A stretch of DNA of 64,000 bases from a virus, in the IMG/VR virus record IMGVR_UViG_3300032053_000050, positions 7,803 to 71,802 of that record. One strand, given 5' to 3'. The position numbers and the translations under genes are program-made. Positions 1-10,042 of the stretch are shown here, piece after piece (within the stretch, counting starts at the first letter, position 1; each line of letters opens with the position of its first letter). The notes under the pieces are model-generated. The model saw nothing but the letters and a program-made list of their open reading frames with translations, searched no databases and was not told where the DNA came from.

Positions 1-2
1 GA

Positions 3-428
3 ATAATTAATAGTAATAATGGTGAATATGGTGAAGGAGCTTGGGATATTTTTCTTATAAAAGACTGGGTAATTCAAAAATATGGATTATTTGATGAAAA
101 TTTATATCCTGCATATAATGAAGATATTGATTATTGGTTTAGATTTTTTCATGATAATCTTAAACGTGACAATATGGGAGATTTTACTCATTATCATGGA
201 TTAGGAACAAATTATTACGAAACGGGCCAACAAACAAAGAAAGGTGATGGACTTGAAGATAAACTTAATCAAGTTAATTTAATTAATTTTGAATATATGG
301 AAAAAAAATGGGGGCCATGTTGGAGAATGACATGGATTCATCCTACACCATTTAATATATCAGGAATGCCTATGTCATTAACTACATATGATTTAGAATA
401 CGTTAGAAAAAAACATTTAGGATTTTAA
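3..428 (+). CDS. Glycosyltransferase family 2-like protein, C-terminal part (5' truncated by window edge)
   Basis: Frame is open from position 3; contains GLFDENLYPAYNEDIDYWFR, a typical GT2 C-terminal motif. Confidence 0.6.
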   Translation: MINSNNGEYGEGAWDIFLIKDWVIQKYGLFDENLYPAYNEDIDYWFRFFHDNLKRDNMGDFTHYHGLGTNYYETGQQTKKGDGLEDKLNQVNLINFEYMEKKWGPCWRMTWIHPTPFNISGMPMSLTTYDLEYVRKKHLGF

Positions 429-471
429 TTATAAAACGTCTTAAAAGAAACATAATAAAAGAAATCCAAAT

Positions 472-526
472 TTAACATACTCTTAACAATTAAATTTTTT
501 TAATTCTTATTTTAGTATTATATTTG
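472..526 (+). promoter_or_regulatory. TTAAC-N6-TTAAC box plus Bacteroidota-type -7 element (TATATTTG); example of a repeated promoter class
   Basis: TTAAC at 472 and 483; TATATTTG at 519-526; same layout recurs at about 8 intergenic sites. Confidence 0.65.
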
Positions 527-597
527 TCCTAAACAAAATATAAAAACAGGATAGTCAAAAACTGATTAGAGTAGACATAATTAAAAATAAAAATAAA

Positions 598-1071
598 ATG
601 AAACGAATTTTTTTGGGATTGCTATTAGGAATAATTTTTTGTGTTAGTGTAAATGCACAATATCTTAATTTTAAAGGATTAACAGTTCAAGCAACTACCG
701 CTTTATATATTGAAAACGGTGAGCCTAAAAGTGTAAATATTTATACTCAAATATTTGCAATGTCATTTTCTGATAAAATTCTTCTTCATATAATTTATGA
801 AAAAGGAGATATTATCGAACAATCTCAAATTTATAAAATCGAAAATGATATAAATTTTATAGATGAAAGTGGAAATGAAAAAATAACTGTTTATAAATTT
901 GAAGCTATATCAGGTATAACCAATAAAAGATTTTATTATGAACTTAAAATTAATAGTAATGGTAATTTATTATCGTTTAAACTAACACAACCAGATATAA
1001 TAGAATTTACAATATTTAAGGGAGGTATAACATTACTCAAACCTTATCAATTAGATGTGATTAAATATTAA
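598..1071 (+). CDS. Hypothetical secreted protein
   Basis: N-terminal signal peptide ending VNA-Q, Bacteroidota style. Confidence 0.6.
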   Translation: MKRIFLGLLLGIIFCVSVNAQYLNFKGLTVQATTALYIENGEPKSVNIYTQIFAMSFSDKILLHIIYEKGDIIEQSQIYKIENDINFIDESGNEKITVYKFEAISGITNKRFYYELKINSNGNLLSFKLTQPDIIEFTIFKGGITLLKPYQLDVIKY

Positions 1072-1141
1072 AATCAAAAAGACATATTTTATTTTAGTAA
1101 GGATTAATATTCAGTTAATATGTTACAAGCAAATACAATTT

Positions 1142-1840
1142 ATGAAAATAGTATTTAATACAGAAAATATGTCATTATTAAATGCCTTTATAAAGACGCA
1201 TAAAGAAAATGATGTGCAAATAATTGTTGGTAAAATAGAATCTGTATTATTTGAAAATATTGAAAATGGTGATGCCGAAGCTTATATAATTTCAAGTAGT
1301 TGTACATTTGCAAAAAAAGCTATATCTTTTATTAAAAAATTCAACCCTCATATTCCTATACTTTTATTAATAGAAAATATATTAGATTATAGTGAAGAAT
1401 GGAAAACAGATATTAACGTAGATATAATAATGTCTGAAACTTGTGAAAGTGATATTATTCTTTCCAAAATGATTTATTTCAATATTAATACATACATAAA
1501 AAATTTTGAAACTCTTCATAAACTTACTGCAAAAACACATGATAAGATAGAATTTGGAAATTGTATATATGATCCTACACGAAGAATTTTATATTATAAA
1601 GATAAAGAAATTAAAGAACTTTCTCCAAAAGAAGGAGGAATTCTTGAAATACTTGCTCTTAATTTTGAAAAAATTGTAAAAAAAGAAGTTATTCTTGAAA
1701 AAGTTTGGCGAAAACCGAATGATTATTTTGCTGGAAGATCTATGGATGTTTATATAACTCATCTTAGAAATACACTTAAAAATAATAAAATAAAACTTAC
1801 AATTAAAAATATATCTAGTATAGGATTAATTCTTGAATAA
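1142..1840 (+). CDS. OmpR/PhoB-family winged-helix transcription regulator with degenerate receiver domain
   Basis: C-terminal LSPKEGGILEIL...KKEVILEKVW...GRSMDVYITHLR matches the OmpR wHTH pattern; receiver acidic residues poorly conserved. Confidence 0.85.
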   Translation: MKIVFNTENMSLLNAFIKTHKENDVQIIVGKIESVLFENIENGDAEAYIISSSCTFAKKAISFIKKFNPHIPILLLIENILDYSEEWKTDINVDIIMSETCESDIILSKMIYFNINTYIKNFETLHKLTAKTHDKIEFGNCIYDPTRRILYYKDKEIKELSPKEGGILEILALNFEKIVKKEVILEKVWRKPNDYFAGRSMDVYITHLRNTLKNNKIKLTIKNISSIGLILE

Positions 1841-1841
1841 T

Positions 1842-2219
1842 ATGGCAATAAAACATTTGGGGTGGTATACATCACCAGAATTAAAAGAAAAAGATACACT
1901 CCCATTTTGGAAAAAAAGAGAGATGTTAATAAGTCCTTTTATAATTCCTATAGGTATAGGGTACGCTATATTTTATGTATTATACGCATTATATTTTATA
2001 ATAAAATGGATATTGTTTGCTTGGATATCTCCTTTCATTTATTCACCTATATTTTGTAAAATAGGGTTCCATAAATATAGAGCCTTAGATGAAGAAAGAT
2101 ATAGATGTTTGCTATGCCAAAATAAAATAGGGGTCCATAAATATAGAGCCTTAGATGAAAAAAGATATAGATGTTTGCTATGCCAAAAAGAATACACAAT
2201 TTGGAAATTGTATATATGA
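1842..2219 (+). CDS. Small membrane protein with C/H-rich (FCKIGxHKY...CxxC) tail, internally duplicated
   Basis: TM segment, duplicated HKYRALDExRYRCLLCQ; paralog of 2763-3104; MAIKHL start. Confidence 0.6.
   Translation: MAIKHLGWYTSPELKEKDTLPFWKKREMLISPFIIPIGIGYAIFYVLYALYFIIKWILFAWISPFIYSPIFCKIGFHKYRALDEERYRCLLCQNKIGVHKYRALDEKRYRCLLCQKEYTIWKLYI
2058..2190 (+). repeat. 66-bp tandem duplication inside the ORF
   Basis: aaaataggg.tccataaatatagagccttagatgaa.aaagatatagatgtttgctatgccaaaa occurs twice. Confidence 0.85.
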
Positions 2220-2253
2220 TCCTACACGAAGAATTTTATATTATAAAGATAAA
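2199..2253 (+). repeat. About 55-bp copy of an internal segment of the response regulator gene (1551-1605)
   Basis: aatttggaaattgtatatatgatcctacacgaagaattttatattataaagataaa is identical at both sites. Confidence 0.9.
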
Positions 2254-2262
2254 TGTTTTACC

Positions 2263-2757
2263 ATGAAAAAAATAATCATCATTTTACTTTTATTAATTTG
2301 TTTTGTAATTGATATTTTTTCTCAGAGAAATATTTTAGTCATAACTTTTACTAATGTTGATTGTATGTTTGGGTTACAATATACTAGAAAAATTCCTTAT
2401 AAATTAAGTGTTTCTTATGAAAAATCATTTTTTAAATCAATGGGATTATATGTAAACAGTTCTTATGGAATATATAAAGGTGATCATAGTGCAAAAGCTA
2501 ATCATATAAAAACTGGAATAGGAATCACAAAATTTATTAGAAATAATAATGGAGTTACAGCTACTACTTTTTCAGGAGGCATAATAGGACATTATTACTT
2601 TAATATTGATCAAGGTGCTTATCATATAACAGAATATGATATTTTTCCAGCTTCTTTAGAATTAGGAATGGGAGAAATAATTAATCAAGTTAATTTTGAT
2701 TTTAAAATGGATCCTATAAAAAATTCACTTATATTTACTTTTGGAATTTTATTTTAA
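2263..2757 (+). CDS. Secreted, probable outer-membrane beta-barrel protein
   Basis: Signal peptide MKKIIIILLLL...; alternating-residue strands; C-terminal F. Confidence 0.5.
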   Translation: MKKIIIILLLLICFVIDIFSQRNILVITFTNVDCMFGLQYTRKIPYKLSVSYEKSFFKSMGLYVNSSYGIYKGDHSAKANHIKTGIGITKFIRNNNGVTATTFSGGIIGHYYFNIDQGAYHITEYDIFPASLELGMGEIINQVNFDFKMDPIKNSLIFTFGILF

Positions 2758-2762
2758 ATAAA

Positions 2763-3104
2763 ATGGCAATAAAACATTTACCCGGATTTACATCTGAAGA
2801 AATAAAAAAACTCAATCCTGATATTCCTTTTTATGAAAGACGGGAAATTTGGATGAGCCCATTAGCTATACCTTTAATAATTGGTTTTATAATATTTATT
2901 ACTTTTTTAGGATTTTCATATGCCTTTAAATGGATTTTTTTATCATGGATAGTGCCATTTGTTAATTGGAAATGGTTCTGTAAAATTGAACTCCATAAGT
3001 ATAGGAAAATAGAACAAAAAATAGAACAAAGAATAGAACAAGATTTTCAACCTAAATATGTGTGTATAGTTTGTAAAAAAGAAAAATTTCAAGCCATTTA
3101 TTAA
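2763..3104 (+). CDS. Small membrane protein, paralog of 1842-2219
   Basis: MAIKHL start, TM helix, WFCKIELHKY...CIVC. Confidence 0.6.
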   Translation: MAIKHLPGFTSEEIKKLNPDIPFYERREIWMSPLAIPLIIGFIIFITFLGFSYAFKWIFLSWIVPFVNWKWFCKIELHKYRKIEQKIEQRIEQDFQPKYVCIVCKKEKFQAIY

Positions 3105-3371
3105 AAATGTTGTATTTTAAATATAATGATTCTTTTAAAAAAGTTTCTTCATTAGTTAGTTTATTAAAAAAACAACATATTGAAGAAATTTATTGTGAAG
3201 AAGAATTTAATAAACATTTTGCAAAAAATGAAAATATTTATAGTTTCATTGATTCTAATGTGTTAAATTGGGCTCTTACAGAAGGAGATGCATGGGATAT
3301 GTTTTTTGATAAGTAAATTAAAATGTAATTAAAAAATAGTAAGTTATCAGGACACAAAACCTTAATGTGAC

Positions 3372-4493
3372 ATGAAACAATATACAATAGAAAAATTAGA
3401 AAAAGAAAATTTAATAATATTTTCTGTTATAACAGGGTCTTATGCTTATGGAACCAATATTCCTACTTCAGATATAGATATACGTGGAATATTTATACAG
3501 CCGCTTAATGATATACTTGGTTTTGGAAAAATAGATCAAGTTTCAGATGAAACGAATGATATAATATATTACGAAATAGGAAGATTTCTAGATTTATTAA
3601 AAAACAATAATCCAAATATTTTAGAAATCATAAATGTTCCAGTTGATTGCATAAAAATAATGCATCCAATAATGAAACAAATATTTGATCTTAAAAATGA
3701 ATTCATAACTAAAAAATGCCGTTGGTCATTTGGTGGTTATGCTATAGAACAAATAAAAAAAGCTCGTGGTCTTAATAAAAAAATGAATTGGGAAGAAACC
3801 CAAATGGTTCGTAAAACAGTTCTTGATTTTTGTTATGTTCTTGTTGGTGGTGGATCAATGCCATTCAAAGAATGGATAAACGCACAAATAGATTACAGAG
3901 ATCTTAACAAATGTCTTAATGGAAATAGAGTATTATTATCTCAAACTGATATAGGACTTGCTGCAGTAGATCATTTTCATGATTTATATGTTATGTATGT
4001 ATCTCCAAATTTTGAAAAATGGGGAGTAGTTTCAGATGAAGATATAGCTAATGATGTTCAACTTACATCAATACCAAAAGATTTAGAAGTTAAAGGTTCT
4101 CTTTATTTTAATAAAGACGGTTATTCTGTTCATTGTAAAAAGTACAAAAAATTTCAAGAATGGAAAGCTAATCGTAATGAAACTCGCATAAACATGGTTA
4201 AAGAACATGGAAAGAAATACGATGGAAAAAATTTAATGCATACTTTTAGACTATTAGAAACAGCGCTTGAAATAGCCGAAGGAAAAGGAATTAATGTTAG
4301 AAGAAATAATATAGAAAAACTTTTAGCTATACGAAAAGGAGAATACGAATATGATGATTTGCTTATTGAAGCTGAAGAATTAATACAAAAAATGGATGTT
4401 GTATTTAAAAAAAGTAATTTACCCGAAAACACTGATATAGATATTGTAAATACGTTGCTTATAAATATGCGTAAAGAGTGGTATAAAATATAA
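3372..4493 (+). CDS. Pol-beta superfamily nucleotidyltransferase (YcgL/RlaP-like)
   Basis: GSYAYGTNIPTSDIDIRG motif, NNPNILE, YDGKNLMHTFRLL, LLAIRKG. Confidence 0.85.
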   Translation: MKQYTIEKLEKENLIIFSVITGSYAYGTNIPTSDIDIRGIFIQPLNDILGFGKIDQVSDETNDIIYYEIGRFLDLLKNNNPNILEIINVPVDCIKIMHPIMKQIFDLKNEFITKKCRWSFGGYAIEQIKKARGLNKKMNWEETQMVRKTVLDFCYVLVGGGSMPFKEWINAQIDYRDLNKCLNGNRVLLSQTDIGLAAVDHFHDLYVMYVSPNFEKWGVVSDEDIANDVQLTSIPKDLEVKGSLYFNKDGYSVHCKKYKKFQEWKANRNETRINMVKEHGKKYDGKNLMHTFRLLETALEIAEGKGINVRRNNIEKLLAIRKGEYEYDDLLIEAEELIQKMDVVFKKSNLPENTDIDIVNTLLINMRKEWYKI

Positions 4494-4793
4494 TGGTAAT
4501 GTATTCAGGATGCATTTTCAAAAAGTAGAAAAGGCATTGTTTTTTCACAAATACATAAAGATAATATAGGTGAAAAAACAAAAGAAGCAATGAAAAAAAT
4601 AGAAATCTATAATTCAAGAAAAATTAATTGTTATGATATAAACAGAACATTTTTACATCAATATAAAAGTATAACTGAAACTGAACGAATATTAAAAATT
4701 AATAAAACGCCTATAATTAATTCATGCAAGCGATTAAAAACTAGATTAAAAGATTACATTTTTAGATATAATGATGATGATGAATTTAAATAA
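4494..4793 (+). pseudogene. Homing endonuclease remnant (NUMOD3/NUMOD1 DNA-binding segments)
   Basis: INCYDIN..FLHQYKSITE.ERIL...IINSCK...DYIFRY resembles NUMOD1; no catalytic domain. Confidence 0.55.
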
Positions 4794-4798
4794 AAATA

Positions 4799-5221
4799 AT
4801 GGCAATAAAACATTTATCACCTAGAACTAAAGAAGAAGTTTGGGATAAGCTAACTACTAGGGAAAAACATAGTTTCGAAGCAAAACAACGAAAACAACCA
4901 TATAAAAAATATCCTATGGGCTATAAAACCATGAGAGTTCTTGAAATGATTTTAAATGGAAAAAATATTACAAAATCAGTATTAACATTTTTATATGAAT
5001 TATCTTATGGGAAAGGATCATACGATGCTTTCAATAGTGGTTATTGGAGTGAAGCTACAGGATTATGGGAATGCATTAACAAAACTCAATCACTTTGGAT
5101 TAAAGAAAATGATGGAATTTCTAGATCAGCTTATTTCTATACTATCAATGAAATAGGGATGGTAAAATTAGAAAAATATAAACAAAAATTTCAAAATCTA
5201 AATATAGAATCTTACATATAA
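4799..5221 (+). CDS. Hypothetical protein with MAIKHLSPR N-terminus
   Basis: ORF; shared N-terminal motif. Confidence 0.6.
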   Translation: MAIKHLSPRTKEEVWDKLTTREKHSFEAKQRKQPYKKYPMGYKTMRVLEMILNGKNITKSVLTFLYELSYGKGSYDAFNSGYWSEATGLWECINKTQSLWIKENDGISRSAYFYTINEIGMVKLEKYKQKFQNLNIESYI

Positions 5222-5224
5222 TAT

Positions 5225-5833
5225 ATGATGTCATTTAATAACAAACCAAATAAATTTCATAAAGATAAAGAAGGAAAACCCTTCTGGGAATCAAGATCTG
5301 TAGCTGTAGAAGTTTCAGTTTTTGCTATACACAATAAACAAGTTTATATTCTTGTTGAAAAAAGATCATCTATTATGATGGATGGTCCTAATTTATGGGC
5401 ACTCCCATCAGGATATATGGATTATGATGAAACAGGATGGGATGCAGCTAGACGTGAACTTTATGAAGAAACAAGTTTAGATATTGACAGGTATGATAAA
5501 ATCTGTATAACAAATAACAATAAACAACCCTTTGAAGTAATTACAGATCCTAAACATAATAGACAAAATATTGTGTTGGAATATTGTATTGTTTTGAATT
5601 TTAATAAATCACAAGAAAAATTTCCGATAGAATTAGAACAATATAAAAATAGAGAAACTGCTCAAATAAAATGGTTAATGCCTAATAGACTTACACAAGT
5701 TAATTGGGCTTTTAATCACGATGAACGAATAAAAAATGCTTTAGTAATATTTAAGAAATACATATATCCAAGTTTTTGGAGAAAATGTTGGAATTTATTA
5801 ACAAAATTTTATCAAATTTTAATTTTTTCTTAA
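5225..5833 (+). CDS. Nudix hydrolase (ADP-ribose pyrophosphatase-like)
   Basis: Nudix box GYMDYDETGWDAARRELYEETSL; C-terminal WAFNH. Confidence 0.9.
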   Translation: MMSFNNKPNKFHKDKEGKPFWESRSVAVEVSVFAIHNKQVYILVEKRSSIMMDGPNLWALPSGYMDYDETGWDAARRELYEETSLDIDRYDKICITNNNKQPFEVITDPKHNRQNIVLEYCIVLNFNKSQEKFPIELEQYKNRETAQIKWLMPNRLTQVNWAFNHDERIKNALVIFKKYIYPSFWRKCWNLLTKFYQILIFS

Positions 5834-5914
5834 CAATAATTCTTTTTAAGTATGATAAATATGTAATATATTTGTCATCACTTATTATTATAAACAAATT
5901 AAAATATTTTTAAC

Positions 5915-6253
5915 ATGGAAGAAAATGAAGTATTAGTAGCCGGTGCTTTTTTAAGTGCCTTAAAAAGAAACAATAAGCAAATTCGCGATGATCGTGCAAC
6001 TGCTATTGTTGAATCAGCTCAGTTAATCTATAAAAGAAAAGTAGAAGATCTTGAAGTGAGTATTAAACAAATGAAAAGAGATCAGGAAAATATGCTTGAT
6101 TTATCTCCTACTAATGCTCAAAGTTTAGTTTTAGCAAGTGATTTTGATTCAACTAAATATGCAGAAAAAGATATTGAAATTGGCGTTAAAATTCGTAATG
6201 CTGAAATTACTCTTGAAATTGCAAAGAAAAGATATGAATATTTATTTGGATAA
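5915..6253 (+). CDS. Coiled-coil hypothetical protein, first gene of the vWA/PurA-like operon
   Basis: ORF directly upstream of the vWA gene. Confidence 0.6.
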   Translation: MEENEVLVAGAFLSALKRNNKQIRDDRATAIVESAQLIYKRKVEDLEVSIKQMKRDQENMLDLSPTNAQSLVLASDFDSTKYAEKDIEIGVKIRNAEITLEIAKKRYEYLFG

Positions 6254-6255
6254 GA

Positions 6256-7131
6256 ATGGGATACGGGACATATTCAACAATTAGTAGAGATCTAAGAGCA
6301 ACCTCTCTTGGATATACTACAAAATCTGCTCATGAAATTTTTAAATCAAAATCTATTAACAATGCTATGAATCCAAATGGCATTGTTCTTCGTGAGTCAA
6401 GAGATTCTACAGAACATCCAAATGCTTTACCTATTATTATTGCGTTAGATGTAACAGGTTCTATGGGAACTGTTCCTCATCAATTAGTTAAAGATGGTTT
6501 ACCAACTCTTGTAACAGAAGTTATTAAAAATGGTCAACCAGATCCACAAATTTTATTTTTAGCTATTGGAGATCATGAGTGTGATAATTCTCCTTTACAG
6601 GTAGGACAGTTTGAATCAAGTGATGAACTTTTAGATAAATGGCTTACTGATGTTTATCTTGAAGGTGGTGGTGGTGGAAACTCTGGTGAAAGCTATCTTT
6701 TAGCTTGGTATTTTGCAGGTTATCATACAGCAACAGATTCTTTTGAAAAAAGGAAAGAAAAAGGATTCTTATTTACAATTGGAGATGAACCTACTCTTAA
6801 ATATATTCCAAAAGGAGACATTAAAGAAATTATGGGTGATGGACAATATGAAGAATTTTCTGCTGCTGCACTGTTAGATAAAGCAAGAGAAACTTATAAT
6901 GTATTTCATTTACATATAAGACAAACTGGAGCTGGACAACGTCAAGAAACTATGGATGGATGGAAACAATTAATGGGTGAGAATTTAATAGTTATTGAAA
7001 GACATACAGATGTTGCAGATGCAATTACAAAAATTATAACTAAACATTGTGAAAAACCAAAAGTTTTAAAATCTAAAAAGGAATCTAAAAAAGAAGAAAT
7101 AGATGAATCTTCTATTGAAATAATTCTTTAA
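6256..7131 (+). CDS. von Willebrand factor A (MIDAS) domain protein
   Basis: IIIALDVTGSM MIDAS motif; GGGGNSGESY; FTIGDE. Confidence 0.8.
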   Translation: MGYGTYSTISRDLRATSLGYTTKSAHEIFKSKSINNAMNPNGIVLRESRDSTEHPNALPIIIALDVTGSMGTVPHQLVKDGLPTLVTEVIKNGQPDPQILFLAIGDHECDNSPLQVGQFESSDELLDKWLTDVYLEGGGGGNSGESYLLAWYFAGYHTATDSFEKRKEKGFLFTIGDEPTLKYIPKGDIKEIMGDGQYEEFSAAALLDKARETYNVFHLHIRQTGAGQRQETMDGWKQLMGENLIVIERHTDVADAITKIITKHCEKPKVLKSKKESKKEEIDESSIEIIL

Positions 7132-8300
7132 TGAAAAATTTAGCTATAGTAGGTCTAGGGTTTGGGGATGAAGGTAAAGGTACAATAACTGATTATCTTT
7201 GTTCCCAATGTTCTAATCCATTAGTTATAAGATATTCCGGTGGACATCAAGCCGGTCATACCGTTTATTATAACAATAAACACCATATTTTTTCAAACTT
7301 TGGTTCAGGAACTTTACGAGGAGTTCCTACATTCTGGTCTAAATATTGTACAGTAGACCCTATAGGAATAATGAATGAACTTAGTGTTCTAATGAGTATA
7401 GGTATTTTTCAACCTAAATTATTTATTGATCCAGATAGCCCAATAACTACTCCTTATGATAAATTTTATAATCATAATACTGAAACTTCAAATCACCATG
7501 GAAGTTGTGGTGTAGGATATGGAGCTACTATTGAAAGAGAAGAAAAACATTATTCATTAACTTTCAGTGATTTATTTTATAGTGATATTTTTAAGATTAA
7601 GCTTAAAATGATTGAAAAATATTATTATAATATATTTGATAAAAATTATACACAATATCCATATCTTGATAATTCAATTCTAGATCAAATGATTAAAGAT
7701 TTTAATATATATTGTGATCAATTAAAACAATTATCTTTTATTGAACAAAAATCATTATGTGAAGTAATTTATTCAGACTATATTTTTGAAGGTGCTCAAG
7801 GAATTTTATTAGATCAAAATATGGGATTTTTTCCCCATGTATCTAGATCTAATTCAGGAACTAAAAATATTATTGAATTAATAGGAAAAACAAATCAAAA
7901 AGATATACATTATTATCTTGTAACACGTGCTTATCAAACTCGTCACGGTAATGGTCCTATGACTAATGATAAAAGAGGTCATAGTATTATTGAAAATCCT
8001 GATGAAACTAATATTAATAGAAAATGGCAAGGGAAATTTAGACGTTCATTGCTTGATTTAGATTTAATTCAATATGCTATTAATAAAGATGAAGGTCTTA
8101 GAAATTCTAAAAATAAAACATTAGTAGTTACGTGTTTAGACCATATGAAAAATGATTATAGATTTACACATAAAGGAGAAATAGTAGCATCAACTTCTGA
8201 AGAAGAATTTATAAAAGTTATTTCAAATATTTTAGGAATTTATATATTATTTATAAATGATTCTCCTGATTCTAAAACTTTTAAAAAAATATTCTTATGA
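7131..8300 (+). CDS. purA: Adenylosuccinate synthetase-like protein
   Basis: GLGFGDEGKG, RYSGGHQAGHT, GSCGVG, FEGAQGILLD, TRHGNGP. Confidence 0.85.
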   Translation: MKNLAIVGLGFGDEGKGTITDYLCSQCSNPLVIRYSGGHQAGHTVYYNNKHHIFSNFGSGTLRGVPTFWSKYCTVDPIGIMNELSVLMSIGIFQPKLFIDPDSPITTPYDKFYNHNTETSNHHGSCGVGYGATIEREEKHYSLTFSDLFYSDIFKIKLKMIEKYYYNIFDKNYTQYPYLDNSILDQMIKDFNIYCDQLKQLSFIEQKSLCEVIYSDYIFEGAQGILLDQNMGFFPHVSRSNSGTKNIIELIGKTNQKDIHYYLVTRAYQTRHGNGPMTNDKRGHSIIENPDETNINRKWQGKFRRSLLDLDLIQYAINKDEGLRNSKNKTLVVTCLDHMKNDYRFTHKGEIVASTSEEEFIKVISNILGIYILFINDSPDSKTFKKIFL

Positions 8301-8710
8301 CAAAAAAATTACAATACATCGATTACGAATGTAAAATAGGAGAAAGAGTAAGATGGGAAGATATTACTGGTAAAAAGAAATTTGAAGGTGTTATATTAAA
8401 ATGGAAAGAAGAAGAAATTGCAATCGTTAAATTAGACGATGAAACTATTGTAGAGGTTAAGTGCTAAAAACTTTACTAATTACTAATCATATAAATACTT
8501 ATATTATTAATTAGTTTATGAAAAAACAAAAAAGGAAATTTTATTTATGAAGAATGCGGGAAATCATATATCAAGAAACAAACTCATATAAATTTAAGAA
8601 AGAAAATGATAAAATAAAAGCTCAAGAGAAATCTACTATTGATAAAGGCTTTAAATATATCATAATTATAGATAAAGATTACGATAAATTTATAAAAATA
8701 TAAATATATA

Positions 8711-9670
8711 ATGACAACGCCCATTGTTAATCAACTGTTCACAGAAAAATTTAGACCTAAGGAATTATCAAGTTTGATAATTCCTATACGTACAAGAAAA
8801 GAATTATCAAGAGGACTTATACAAAATGTATTATTTTTTGGATCAGCAGGAAGTGGCAAAACTTCGGCAGGATTTATATTGTCAAAAAATTATACTTATT
8901 TATATATTAATGCTTCTTCAGAAAGAGGCATCGATGTTATTCGTGAAAAAATAGGAAAGTTTTGTTCTACTATTTCGTTAGAAGGTGGAAGAGAAAAACT
9001 TAAATGTGTGTTTTTAGATGAAATGGATGGAGCCACAGAGGAATTCTTTAAAGCTTTAAGAGCAGTAATGGAAAAATATGCAAATGTTGCAAGATTTATA
9101 GCAACTGCAAATTATATCCAAAAAATTCCTGAACCTATACAATCAAGATTTAATTGTATTTCATTTGATGCAATCAATACTGAAGAAGAAGATTTTCTTA
9201 TAGAAGAATATAAGAAAAGAATGGCATTAATAATGAAAGCAATTAAGTTAACTTATAGTGAAGAAATCTTAGATAAATTTGTTCGTAATGATTTTCCAGA
9301 TATGAGAAGTCTTATGAATAAACTTCAATCATTTTATCTTCAAGGTATTACAGAACTTAATGATAAAAACTTTAATATCAATTTTGATTTTGAAGATTTA
9401 TTTAAGATGTGTTTAGGAAAATCAGATAAACCTTATGAAAACTATAAGATAATAGTTGGAGAATATGCATCAAAAATAGATGATGCTTTAGCTGCATTAG
9501 GTCAAGATTTTATAGAATACATTAAATCAAATAGTCCTAATCATATTTCAAAAATACCTTTGATTATAATATCAGTAGCAGAACATCAAGCTCAAAGAAC
9601 AATGGTAATCGACCCATTAATTACATTATTAAGTTGTGTAATGAAAATTCAATTAATAATAAACTCATGA
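8711..9670 (+). CDS. Clamp loader AAA+ subunit (T4 gp44 / RFC small-like)
   Basis: EKFRPK, Walker A GSAGSGKT, INASSERGIDVIR, LDEMD, IQSRF, PDMR. Confidence 0.9.
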   Translation: MTTPIVNQLFTEKFRPKELSSLIIPIRTRKELSRGLIQNVLFFGSAGSGKTSAGFILSKNYTYLYINASSERGIDVIREKIGKFCSTISLEGGREKLKCVFLDEMDGATEEFFKALRAVMEKYANVARFIATANYIQKIPEPIQSRFNCISFDAINTEEEDFLIEEYKKRMALIMKAIKLTYSEEILDKFVRNDFPDMRSLMNKLQSFYLQGITELNDKNFNINFDFEDLFKMCLGKSDKPYENYKIIVGEYASKIDDALAALGQDFIEYIKSNSPNHISKIPLIIISVAEHQAQRTMVIDPLITLLSCVMKIQLIINS

Positions 9671-9948
9671 CATCAGAAGAAAAACACAAGATGATAAAAG
9701 AACAAGTCGATATGATGTATGGCTTGATTAAAACTGGAGAAAGAGCTCTTGAAATTTTAAGAGAACAATGCGATCATCCAGAATCTAAATTAGTTAATTA
9801 TTCCTGGGCTCCTGGACATATACAACCCAATACAAATGTATGCGCAGTTTGTGGTAAAGTTTTAGTAGAACCTTGGTATAGAGAAGAAGAACCAAGGCCT
9901 GTAGAAGAAGATGATGATATGGATGTTAACAAATTAACAGATATTTAA
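9667..9948 (+). CDS. Hypothetical Zn-ribbon protein
   Basis: CDH...CAVC motif. Confidence 0.5.
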   Translation: MTSEEKHKMIKEQVDMMYGLIKTGERALEILREQCDHPESKLVNYSWAPGHIQPNTNVCAVCGKVLVEPWYREEEPRPVEEDDDMDVNKLTDI

Positions 9949-10042
9949 TCCCTACATTTTTATTTTACATCATTTTTTATTATATTTGTATATGAAAACA
10001 ATAGACATAATACGATCATTTTAATAATTGTAAAAGAAAAAT

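Noticed and set aside
7131-8300. PurZ (Z-genome) assignment
   Set aside because: Retains the PurA catalytic Asp (GDEGKG) rather than the PurZ-type GSTGKG
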